64,000 nucleotides of DNA from Mobula hypostoma (lineage: Eukaryota): positions 23,746,001 to 23,810,000 of the forward strand of contig NC_086108.1 in NCBI RefSeq assembly GCF_963921235.1, read 5' to 3'. Of this stretch, positions 50,773 through 63,139 are shown one piece after another. A program made the translations under genes and the position numbers. Position 1 is the first letter of the stretch, and every line of letters starts with the position of its first letter. The notes beneath the pieces were generated by a model. The model saw nothing but the letters and a program-made list of their open reading frames with translations. It had not been told where the DNA came from and ran no database searches.

Positions 50773-52029
50773 GAAATCAAGACCAGGGCAGCATGCAGTT
50801 TGTGGATAAAAAATGACAATGAACATTCATGTGGCAGGCAATGGATTTTTCCAACAGGAAATCCAAATATCTTCTCTTAAATCACAGCATAATTACAATC
50901 ATTTAATTCACTGCTATCAATTACCTGGGAGCATATCAAACACTAGGGAACTCTTGAACAGTTCATTCACAAGAGCACATTTGGTTTAGCTGTTCTGCTG
51001 TGATTCCGTTACCTTATAGCTTCCCAAAACCCTTTCAGCATCAGCAAGACATCAGGCAGGAGTGTGATGCAACACTCTCCACCCTTCTAGATGAGTACAA
51101 CTACAGCAACCTTCTCGCAGTTCAGCACTATCCTGAACAAAAATATTTACTTGGTACCTAGTTCACACCAAATTCAGTTGTTTCCACCATCGGTAGTACA
51201 TTATGGTTCAAATGCATACCAAATACAAGAGACACTGCAGCAACACAGCAAACTTCCTTGCATAGAATTTCCTACTTAAATTATCTTGTCAAAGTACTTT
51301 TGCTTTCTCTCTGGAGATTTGCTGCATCATCCTACTAAATTAGCTTGAAACTATGGAATTTTGTAATGCAGGAAGTGATTCCCTTAAATGAGAAAAAAAC
51401 AATTTCCTCCCACTCTCCTGTCCTTTGCCTACACAGTGCATTTTTCTCACTTTCAAATGTTAATACAATTTTCTACTGAAAACCATTACTGTTTGATACT
51501 TCACCCAACCCTTCAGGCTAAGCAGTCCAGACTACAACCATTCGCTGCCTTGAAAATCCTGCCTCTCCAGCTTCCTTAAATCTGTGTTCCTGATCACCAG
51601 GTGGTGCCTGTAGAAATACGTAGTTTTCCTTTAATTTTGATATCACAATTTATAATGATTTTGAATGAACTTGCCAAATCTCCTCTTCACCCACTCTATT
51701 GCAAGGAGAAGAAACCCTGCATCTCCAAACTCTCCACATAACCGAAATCTCTCACTCCTTGAATGCTTGGCATTCTTCTGAAAGTCTGTGCCCTGCACCT
51801 CTCGCTGCTGTTCAATCATCTATTTATAACAGAATAAACATAATTACTGCATTGTTGATTCTTCTGTCTCTGCTTACAGACCTATTTCTTTTTTTTAAAT
51901 TGCCTACTCAACATTTACAAAAACAGAAAATGCTGGAGTTACTCAGGAGAGCAGACATCATCTATGGAAAGAAGATCAGACCTAATGCTTGTTAAAGACC
52001 CTTCATCACATCTTGATTAAATTGCAGTA

Positions 52030-53572
52030 AGGGTGAGTGAGGACGAATAGGACAAGGATAGAAGTGAACTAGTGAAAGTTGTTTATTTGGATTTTCAGAA
52101 GGTCTTTGGCAAGGTGCCGCACATAGGGTGCTAAAAAAGAGAAGTAACAATGGTATTACCAGAAAGGTACTAACGTAGATAGGAGATTGGCTGTCAGGAG
52201 GTAAAGAGTGAGAATAAAGGCGCCTTTTTGGGTTGGCCCTGGTAACTAGTGTTATTCCTCAGGGGTCATTGTTGGGGCTGCTTCTTTTCATGGAATTGAT
52301 GGCTTTGTGGATGATATGAAGATAGGTGGAGGGGCAGGTCTGAGGAGGCAGAAAATCTGCAGAAGGACTTAGACAGATAGGCAGAATGGGCAAAGAAATG
52401 GCAGATGGAATATAGTGTAGGGAAGTGTATGGTCATGCACTTTGGTCGAAGGAACAAAGCATAGACTATTTTCTAAAAGGGGAGAAAATTCAGAAATCAG
52501 GGGTGCAAAGGGACTTGGGAGTTCTCATACAGGATTCCCTAAAGGTTAACCTGCAAGATGAGTTGGTGGTGAGGAAGGCAAATGCAATGTTAGCATATAA
52601 ACTGATGTGCTAGAATATAAAAGCAAGAATGTAATGTCAAGGCTTTATAAGGCACTGGTCAGACTTTGGATATTGTGAGCAGTCTTGGGCCCCTTAAATA
52701 AGAAAATATTGAAAGGGATAGATAAGATAGAAGTAGGGAAGTTGTTTCCATTGGTAGGTGAGACTAGAACCAGGGGACATTGCCTCAAGATTCAGGGGAG
52801 AAGATTTAGGACAGGGACAGAGATGAGGAGAAACTGTTTTTCCTGAGAGTGGTGAATCTGTGGAATTCTCTGCCCAGGGAAGCAGTTGAGGATTCCTCAC
52901 TAAATATATTTAAGAAACAGATAGGTTTTTACAGAGTAAGGGAATTAAGGGTTATGGGGAAAAGGCAGGTAAATGGAGCTGAGTTTATGGACAGATCAGC
53001 CATGCTCTTACTGAATGGCGAGTCAGGCTCAATGGGCCTGCTCCTATTTCTTATGTTCTTATAAGTGCAGACATTGGACAGGGTCCAAAGGAGAATGATT
53101 CCAGGAATGAAAGGGATAACATTTGAGGGGTGTTTGATAACTGGGCCTGTACTTGCTGGAGTTTAGAATAATAGGGGGGGGGGCTCATTGGGGGGGGGCT
53201 CATTGAAACCTTTCGAATATTTAAAAGCCTAGATAGAGGAAAAGATGTTTCCCATATTGGGGGAGTCTATGTAAAGATAGCACAGCCTCAGAATGGAGGG
53301 ACATCCATTTAGAACAGAGATGAGGAGAAATTTCTTTAGGCAAAAGGTGGTGAATCTGTGGAATTCACTGCCACGGACGGCTGTGGAGGCCAAGTCATTG
53401 GGTATATTTAAAGTGGAGGTTAATAGGCTCTTGATTAACCAGGGCATCAAAGGTTCTGGGGATAAGGCAGGAGAATGGGTTTGAGAGGGATAATAAATCA
53501 GCCATGATGGAATGGCAGAGCAGACTCAATGGGGAAAATGACCTAATTCTATTCCTGTATCTGATGGTCTGA
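52030..53572 (+). mobile_element. Decayed CR1 RT/3' end with a nested CR1 3' fragment (about 52702-53060)
   Basis: DLGVLIQDSLKVNLQ..VVRKANAML and FRTEMRRNFF. 'ataag' is repeated at both ends of the nested piece. Confidence 0.8.
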
Positions 53573-54534
53573 TGGACAAATAGAATATCTTTAAAGCTGG
53601 CATAGAGACCAACTGCAAACAAGGTCATCTGTTTGATGGATTAATGATAGGGATGGACAACATGGCACTTTGTTCATTAGAGCTGTGAGATGGGGGTAGT
53701 TACAACAGAGACAAAAGAATATAACATTTACAAAACGCACAGTTTAGATTTCCAATAGGTTAGTCTGTCCTACTGGAGAGAGGAAACCCGAGCCAATATC
53801 ATAGATGGATATCCTGGCTTGTTCTGACCCATAGAGGGTCAAGAATGTTACTGAAAGACCTGAAGCTGTATCATTTGATATTAAGTCCAGAATGTGACAA
53901 GATACCCAGAGAGAAATTGAGGTCTTGTTCCTCAAGCTTTCATTGGGCCTTTTGTGTCGGAGACCAGGATCAGATAGACAAAATGGGATTGGGAATGGAA
54001 ATTAAAAAGGCAAACAACAGACAACACTGAGTTGCACCTGTGAACTGCACTCTCAAATAAGCAACATCAATGCTGTTTGCTAGTAATCCACTCTTTCACT
54101 GCAAGTGTTAACTTTGCCAATGGATACAGCAACTGCTCAAAGCTAGTCTCTCAATAATGTTCTCAGGACTCAAATGAAGTAATTTTTTACAATAACCACA
54201 AGCAAACAGATGTGAAGCTGTGTAATTGTTTTGTTGACAGCTGATTTTAAGAAAGGTCTTGCAGGACTTGTTTGTGATTAAAGAATGTACCCAGAGCCAA
54301 CAGAATTCCCAGTTCCACAGGCCTCACATCAGTGAAATTCGCTGATGACAATTTTATGCGGTAAAGAGAACATGATTGGTGAGAGTCCAAAGCTCTCCTT
54401 AGAACTCAGTGACCATGACCCTATGTTACAGTAACTTGTACACTGCAGAAATAATTGCTAATGACTTCACAAATGGAGCTAGGTCCCTGATTGATCTTTC
54501 CAGTTCTGATAATCTGATTGAGGTACAACTGCAT

Positions 54535-57500
54535 AAGCGCGTGAACGTCAGCGAGTTAGCCTGACGGGAAGGATTTAACAGGAGAAGAGTCTTTACTTTA
54601 GTGGTTTGATCGAGGCAGGACTGTGCAAGTGCATGGACATCACAGAGTTAGACCGGCAGGAAGGATTTAAAAAGAAGACAGCTTTATAGAGTGGGCGAAA
54701 GAGTAGAGGTAGATAGAGTAGGAGGGCTTTGGCTCAATGTGGCTTTGGCGATAATAGGTCGAGGCGAGGTAAGATACTTGTGAAGGATAGGAACAGGAAG
54801 TATGTCTGTGAGGCCGGTGTTCTATACTGGGTATCAGATGTGGGATATTTGGGAGACTCCCAGCCTCCCAGACGGCCACATCTGTGCCAGGTGCGTCGAG
54901 CTGTAGCTCCTTAGGGACTGGGTTAGAGAACTGGAGATGCAGCTTGATGACCTTCATCTAGTCAGTGAAAGTGAGGAGATGATAGAGAGGAGCTACAGGC
55001 AAGTAGTCATACCAGGGCCTCAGGGGACAGGTAAGCAGGTAACAGTCAGGAGAGGGAAGGGCAAGAGTCAGATAGGTGGGTGAATTTATTATGAGGAACA
55101 AGGAAATGGCAGACGAGTTGAACAGGTACTTTGGATCTGTCTTCACTAGGGAAGACACAAACAATCTCCCAGATGTAATAGTGGCCAAAAGACCTAGGGT
55201 AATGGATGAATTGAATGAAATTTATATTAGGCAGGAAATGGTGTTGGATAGGCTGTTGGGTCTGAAGGCTGATAAGTCCCTGGGACCTGATGGTCTGCAT
55301 CCCAGGGTACTTAAGGAGGTGGCTTCAGAAATCGTGGATGCATTGGAAATCATTTTCCAATGTTCTATAGATTCAGGATCAGTTCCTGTGGATTGAAGGG
55401 TGGCTAATGTTGTCCCTCTCTTCAAGAAGAGAGGAAGAGAGAGAACAGGGAATTATAGACCGGTTAGCCTGACGTCAGTGGTGGGAAAGATGCTGGAATC
55501 AATTATGAAAGATGAAATTACAACACATCTGAATAGCAGTAACAGGATCAATTATGAAAGATGAAATTACAACACATCTGAATAGCAGTAACAGGATTGG
55601 TCCGAGTCAGCATGGATTTACGAAGGGGAAATCGTGCTTAACTAATCTTCTGGAATTTTTTGAGGATGTAACTATGAAAATGGACAAGGGAGAGCCAGTG
55701 GATGTAGTGTACCTGGACTTTCAGAAAGCCTTTGATAAAGTCCCACATAGGAGATTAGTGGACAAAATTAGGGCACATGGTATTGGGGGCAGAGTACTGA
55801 CATGGATTGAAAATTGGCTGGCTGACAGAAAACAAAGAGTAGCGATTAATGGGTCCCTTTCGGAATGGCAGGCGGTGACCAGTGGGGTACCGCAGGGTTC
55901 AGTGTTGGGACCGCAGCTGTTTACAATATATATTAATGATTTAGATGAGGGAATTAAAAGTAACATTAGCAAATTTGCTGATGACACAAAGCTGGGAGGC
56001 AGTGTGAAATGTGAGGAGGATATTATGAGAATGCAGAGTGACTTGGACAGGCTGGGTGAGTGGGCAGATGCATGGCAGATGCAGTTTAATGTGGATAAGT
56101 GTGAGGTTATCCACTTTGGTGGTAAGAACAGGAAGGCAGATTATTATCTAAATGGAGTCAAGTTAGGAAAAGGGGAAGCACAATGAGATCTAGGTGTTCT
56201 TGTACATCAGTCACTGAAAGCAAGTGTGCAAGTACAGCAGGCAGTGAAAAAAGCTAATGGCATGCTGGCCTTCATAATAAGGGGAATTGAGTATAAGAGC
56301 AAAGAGGTTCTTCTGCAGCTGTACAGGGCCCTGGTGAGACCACACCTGGAGTACTGTGTGCAGTTTTGGTCTCCAAATTTGAGGAAGGACATTCTTGCTA
56401 TTGAGGGAGTGCAGCGTAGGTTCACAAGGTTAATTCCTGGGATGGCGGGACTGTCATATGTCAAAAGATTGGAGCAACTGGGCTTGTATACACTGGAATT
56501 TAGAAGGCTGAGAGGGGATCTTATTGAAACATATAAGATTATTAAGGGATTGGACACGCTGCAGGCAGGAAGCATGTTCCCACTGATGGGTGAGTCCAGA
56601 ACCAGAGGCCAGAGTTTAAGAATTAGGGGTAGGCCATTTAGAACAGAGCTGAGGAAAAACTTTTTCACCCAGAGAGTGGTGAATATATGGAATACTCTGC
56701 CCCAGAAGGCTGTGGAGGCCAAGTCTCTGGATGCTTTCAAAAAAGAGATGGATAGAGCTCTTAAAGATAGCGGAATCAAAGGTTATGGGGATAAGGCAGG
56801 AACTGGATACGGATAGTGGATGATTAGTCATGATCATAGTGAATGACGGTGCTGGCTCGAAGGGCCGAATGGCCTACTCCTGCACCTATTGTCTATTGTC
56901 TATACTAGAATGTACCCAGAGCCCTGTGGCTGTCCCCCTGTTTGAGAACCTTTGGGGGGGATGACCTACCTGGGGGAAGCAACAGTGGCTGTTCCTCTGG
57001 CACAGAGTCTGGCCCTATGGCTCAGAAGGGTAGGGAAAGGAAGAGGATGGCAGCGATGATAGGGGACTCTATAGTTAGGGGGGCAGACAGGCGATTCTGT
57101 TGTCACAGGAAAGAAACACGGATGGTAGTTTGCCTCCTGGGTGCCAGGGTCCGTGACGGTTCTGATCGCATCCACAATATCCTGAAGTGGGAAGGTAAAT
57201 AGCCAGAGGTCGTAATACGTATTGGTACCAACGACATAGGTAGGAAAAAGAAGGAGGTCCTGAAAACAGACTATAGGGAGTTAGGAAAGAAGCTGAGGAG
57301 CAGGACCTCAAAGGTAGTAATCTTGGGATTGCTGCCTGTGCCATGTGACAGTGAATATAGGAATAGAGTGAGGTGGAGGATAATGCGTGGCTGAGAGATT
57401 GGAGCAGAGGGCAGGGATTCCGATTTCTGGATCATTGGGACCTCTTTTGGGGCAGGCATGATTTGTACAAAAAGGAAAGGTTGCACTTGAATCTGAGGGG

Positions 57501-60500
57501 GATCGATATCCTGGCAGGGAGGTTTGCTAAGGCTATTGGGGGTGGGAACCGAACTGAAGAGACAGAGCAATGGGCAGTTGGCTCACATGTAGAGGAAGCT
57601 GGTAGGCAGTGTGAGAGGCAGGATAGGCAGGTGATAGAGAATGGATGCGCTCAGGCTGATGGTTTGAGAGATATCTATTTTAATGCAAGAAGTATCATGA
57701 ACAAAGCAGATGAGATTAGAGCATGGATCCGTACTTGGAGCTATGATGTTTTGGCCATTACAGATACTTGGATGGCTCGGGGGCAGGAATGGCTACGAAG
57801 ACTGCTAGGCTTTAGATGTTTCAGAATGGACAGGGAGGGAGGCAAAAGGTGGAGGCATGGCTCTGTTGATCAGAAATAGTATCACGGCTGCAGAAGAGGA
57901 GGCAGTCATGGAGGGATTGTCTACCAAGTCTCTGTGGATGGAAGTTAGAAACAGGAAGTGGTCAATAACTCTACTGGATGTTTTTCATAGCCCACCCAAT
58001 AGTAACAGGGACATCGAGGAGCAGATAGGGAGACAGATTCTGGAACAATGCAGTAATAACAGGGTTGTCGTGATGGGGGATTTTAATTTCCCCAATATTG
58101 ATTGGCATCTCCCTAGAGCGAGGGGTTTAGATGGGGTGAGGTCTGTTGGTGTGTTCAGGAAGATTTCCTGACACAGTATGTAGATAAGCCTCCAAGAGGA
58201 GAGACTGTACTTGATTTGGTATTGGGGAAATGAACTTCGTCAGCTGTCGGGTCTCTCAGTGGGAGAGTATTTTGGAGATAGCGATCATAATTCTATCTCC
58301 TTTACCATAGCATTGGAGAGGGATAGGAACAGACAAGTTAGGAAAGCATTTACTTGGAGTAAGGGAAAATATGAAGCTATCAGGCAGGAGCTTGGAAGCA
58401 TAAATTGGGAGCAGGTGTTCTTGGGGAAACGTAGAGCAGAAATGTGGCAGATGTCCAGAGGATATTTACATGGCGTTCTTCACAGGTACATTCCAATGAG
58501 ACAGGGAAAGGATGGCAGGGTACAGGAACTGTGGTGTACAAAAGCTGTTGAAAATCTAGTCAAGAAAAGAAAAGCTTATGAAATGTTCAAAAACCATGTA
58601 ATGATAGAGATCTAGAAGATTATAAGGCTAGCAGGAAGGAGCTTAAGAATGAAATTAGGAGAGCAGGAAGGGCTATGAGAAGGCTTTGGTAAGCAGGATT
58701 AAGAAAAACCCCAAGGCATTCTATAAGTATGTGAAGATCAAGAGGATAAGACGTGAGAGAGTAGGACCAATCAAGTGTGACAGTGGAGAAGCGTGTATGG
58801 CATCGGACGAGACAGCAGAGGTACTTAATGAATACTTTGCTTCAGTATTCACTACGGAAAAGGACCGTGGTGATTCTAGGGATGACTTACAGCGGAATGA
58901 AAAACTTGATGATGTAGACATTAAGAAAGAGGATGTGCTGAAGCTTTTGGAAAGCATCAAGTCGGGTAAGTCACCGGGACCAGACGAGATATAACCCAGG
59001 CTACTGTGGGAGGTGAGGGAAGAGATAGCTGAGCCTCTGGCAATGATCTTTGCATCATCAATGGGGACAGGAGTCGTTCCAGAGGATTGGAGGGTTGCAG
59101 ATGTTGTTCCCTTATTCAAGAAAGGGAGTAGGGATAGCCCAGGAAAAGTCTTACTTCAGTGGTTGGTAAGTTGATGGAGAAGATCCTGAGAGGCAGGATT
59201 TATGAACATTTAGAGAGGCATATTATGATTAGGAATAGTCAGCATGGCTTTGTTGAAGGCAGGTCATGCCTTACGAGCCTGATTGAATTTTTTGAGAATG
59301 TGAATAAACACATTGATGAAGGTAAAGAAGTAGATGTAGTGTATATGGATTTTAGCAAGGCATTTGATAAGGCACTCCATGCCAGGCTTATTGAGAAAGT
59401 AAGGAGGCATGGGTTCCAAGGGGACCTTAACTTTGTGGATCCACAGTTGGCTTGCCCACAGAAGGCAAAGAGTGGTTGTAGACGGGTCATATTCTGCATA
59501 GAGGTCAGTGACCAGTGGTCTGCCTCAGGGACTGTTCTGGGACCCCTTCTCTTTGTGATTTTTATAAATGACCTGGATGATGAAGTGGAGGAATGGGTTA
59601 GTAAATTTGCTGATGACACAAAGGTTGGGGGTGCTGTGGATAGTGTGGAGGGCTGTCAGAAGTTATAGTGGGAAATCAGTAGGATGCAAAGCTGGGCTGA
59701 GAAGTGGCAGATGGAGTTCAACCCAGAAAAGTATGAGGTGGTTCATTTTGGTAGGTCAAATATGATGGCAGAATATAGTATTAATGGTAAGACTCTTGGC
59801 AGTGTGGAGGATCAGAGGGATCTTGGGGTTCGAGTCCATAGGACACTCGAAGCTGCTGCACTGGTTGACTCTGTGGATAGAAGGCTAACGGTGTATTGGC
59901 CTTCATCAACCATGGGATTGAGTTCAAGAGCCGAGAGGTAATGTTGCAGCTATGTAGAAACCCTGGTTAGGTTCCACTTGGAGTACTGTGCTCAGTTCTG
60001 GTCACCTCACTACAGGAAGGATGTGGAAACTATAGAAAGGGTGCAGAGGAGAATTTACAAGTATGTTGCCTGGATTGGAGGGCATGTCTTATGAGAATAG
60101 GTTGAGTGATCTTGGTCTTTTCTCCTTGGAGTGACATAGGATGAGAGGTGACCTGATAGAGGTGTATAAGATGATGAGAGGCATTGATCATGTGGATATT
60201 CAAAGGCTTTTTCCCAGGGCTTAAATAGCTAACACGAGAGGACACTGTTTTAAGCTGCTTGGAAGTAGGTACAGAGGAGATGTCAGGGATTAATTTTTTA
60301 CACAGAGAGTGGTGAGTGCATGGAATGGTCTGCCGGCCGCGGTGGTGGAGGCGGATACAACAGGGTCTTTTATGAGGGTCCTGGATAGATAAATGGAGCT
60401 TAGAAAAATAGAGGGCTATGGGTAGTCTGAGATAATTTCTAAAGTAAGTACATGTTCTGCACAGCATTGTGGGCCAAAGGGACTGTGTTTTGCTGTAGGT

Positions 60501-60522
60501 TTTCTTTGTATCTATGTTTCTA
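54535..60522 (+). mobile_element. Full-length CR1 LINE (esterase ORF1 and endonuclease-RT ORF2), decayed, with ORF1 interrupted
   Basis: 5' tandem repeat; ORF1 ATG near 54802 resuming at about 56903 (MIGDSIVRG, VVCLLGARV); ORF2 YFNARSIMNK..VVMGDFNFPNIDW..KFADDTK; 3' tail near 60520. Confidence 0.92.
55075..56902 (+). mobile_element. Young 5'-truncated CR1 nested in ORF1 of the host CR1
   Basis: ORFs 55076..55396, 55554..56186 and 56226..56816 are broken only by two TGA codons and a 49-bp duplication; (ctattgt)n tail. Confidence 0.93.
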
Positions 60523-60832
60523 ATTTCTACAATTAATTGTTCAGTGGTCAACCCACTCTCTGAACAGACTCCATTTGGATAACTGTTTGTGTGCTAAAAG
60601 CATATTACTGAAGATGTATCTTCTCATGGTAGCAAAAATACAGCTGTCCTTATTCAATGCAGCATAAGAGGGCAGCAATGACCCACAATTCTGTTTGAGA
60701 GAGAGTAGCTTCTGGGTGGGGACTGAGGCTATCCGCCACAGAATAAGAGGCAAGGGGAAAAACAGGTAGACAATAAATACCTGGAATTTCATAGATCTTC
60801 AACATTCCTTTCCCAGGAAACTTCCCAAAATA

Positions 60833-61745
60833 TCAGAAGAACATATAAGAAAGTAAATGCCAAAGTGGCCACTCAGCGCTCAAGCCCATCCTGACATGCA
60901 ATATGATCATAACTGATTTGAACCTAGCCTGCAGCTTCTCTTCTGTGTCAATTTCACAAAAAACGTCAATCTCTTCTTTAAATGCTTCTATTAATTTAGA
61001 CACCCAAACCCAATGGGGGAGAAAATTCCAGAGATTCGCCACCCTCAGTAAAAAAAAATACTCCTATGCACCTCAGTCTTAATGACAACTCACTTACCTA
61101 GTAACCATGTCCCCTCATTTGAGATACTCCTCTTCAGTGGAAAAATAAAACACCTACCACCCTGTCTTATTCCCTTCAGGTCATTAGGATCACTCTTCAT
61201 TCTTCTTAACTTCAAAGATACAGATTCAACTTTTTTACCTGTTTGTGAAAGGACAAGTTGGTATTCCAGGAATTAACTGAGCAAATGTCTTTTGAATTGC
61301 CTTTAATGCCAGTGTATCCTTTTTATAAATAAGCAGACCAAATTATACATGCTATCCAACAACAGTCTCAGCAAAACTTGTATAAATGGAACAAGGGAGC
61401 AGGGAAACTGTTAGCAGCTGCTGCTCTCCTTCCCTAATAAACTCACACAGGATAAACTTTTATCTTGCGTACCAACCTTTTATGAGGCACCTTGTCAAAC
61501 GATTTCATGAAAACCAAACACCTTACAGTTTGGGCCCCCTCTATTGACTGCTTGAAGAACTCCAGCAAATTTGTCAAACATAATTTACCACATGGTGAAC
61601 TGCTTTTATTGCTTTAAGCTTTTCTAAATGACTGTCTTTTTCTTCCATGATTACAAACTCCAGTATCTTGCCGCCATCAGACATTAAACTAATAAGTCAA
61701 TAGCTTCCTGCTGTTTGCTTCTTCCTTCTTGAACAATGGTATCAC
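60833..61745 (-). mobile_element. Old CR1 fragment
   Basis: ANLWNFLPHW..IEAFKEEID, plus reverse-strand remnants of FDKVPH. Confidence 0.6.
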
Positions 61746-61990
61746 ATTTGCAGACATGAGAGACTGCAGCTGCTGGAATCTGGAGCAAAAAATAAATCAT
61801 TGGATGAAGTCAGCACCTGTTAAGGCAAAGAAATGTTCCTGTTTATGTCAAAACCCTTCTGCTCCATCTGTCCATCATCCACTCTTCCACCTATCTCTTA
61901 CCTGCCTGTATTTCCCCCTCCCTATCACATCCATACAGCGGCCATCTTCCCTCTACATTCTCAGTTCTGATGCAAGGCCTTGACCCAAAG

Positions 61991-62800
61991 GTGGTGTTTA
62001 GGAGGACGATGGCACCTAATGGTGACTCCTTTGCTGGCATATTTGGAAACAGCTCTAGTTCTATCTTTAGTATCTCTATTTCTCCCTTTCAGGGTTCTTT
62101 TGAAGAACCTGACCTGGAGCTACATGCTGACTTTGATTCTTTGTGGGAATGGAACCTGCTCTGAAGGAGTCTCACGACTGGCCTATGTTCGATATACCAA
62201 GGACATGGCCTAGAAGACTAGCAAGACTTTAGGGTTCCGGGATTTCGTGACTCTGGAAGCCAGCGGACTTGAGGCCGGTGCCGCCTCCTGGTGCATCGTG
62301 GGAGACGGAAGATTGAAAGCAACAAGCTGGCTGCTGGCAGTGTGCCCAGAGACCCGAGTTCTTTGAGCACACAGCTTGGAAGAAGCGACACAACAGACTT
62401 TTAAGATTGTGATCAGCGAGTTGTCTGTCATGTCTGCCCTCTTGCTGTGAAACGGGGACGCCTCTTTTTCCCTTATTAGTCGAATGCCCGGTGAACAACG
62501 TAGTCTTTGGAGTAAAAGCAAGTCTGTGTCTTTGCTGTTGCTTTGCTCACGCTTGAGTGCTTGGTGGTGGGAGCCAATGCTTTTTTTTTGCCGGTGGGGT
62601 GGAGGAGGGGAGATCGTGCTTGCCACTGCTTACACGCAGGAGGGAGGGTAGCTGGAGGGGACTTTGGGGTTCTAACATTTACCTGTCGTTCATTCTCTTT
62701 GGGGCACTCCTGTTTTTGTCAATGTTTGCAAAGAAAGAGTATTTCAGGATGATTATTGTATACATTTCTCTGACATTAAATGTACCTTTGAAACCTTTGA
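61991..62800 (+). mobile_element. Non-autonomous retroposon (gatggc 5' end, attaaa plus cctttgaa tail)
   Basis: Same architecture as 46153-46753, with no credible ORF. Sits inside a PLE-derived hammerhead motif. Confidence 0.5.
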
Positions 62801-63139
62801 AACACACTCTGGGGTCTTGCCTTTTTCATCCTAATGCTAAAGCAATGTTATAAACAATATGGCGTCATTCAATGTGAAACGTGGACAATCCATAGCCACC
62901 ACTGACGGTGCCTGACCTGCTGAGTTTCCCCACAGTTTGTTTGTTTTTGCTCCAGATTCTGGCATTTTCAGTCTCTCTTATTCTCCGTGGTATCCTCCAT
63001 TATTCATTGGACTTCATTCCCATAAAGCTGCTCATTATCAACTTTGTTCTGCCTCGTTAAGACATGAGAGATCCAATAGGCTTGAACTGGTGTTTTACTC
63101 CTCATGAACCGTGGGCATACTTAGTAAATCCAAGAAACA

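Noticed and set aside
53173..53204. Duplicated G-run plus ctcattg
   Set aside because: Slippage or assembly noise in a decayed CR1; no functional indication.
56207..56779. 190-aa minus-strand ORF
   Set aside because: Antisense shadow of CR1 ORF2, also seen opposite other CR1 copies.
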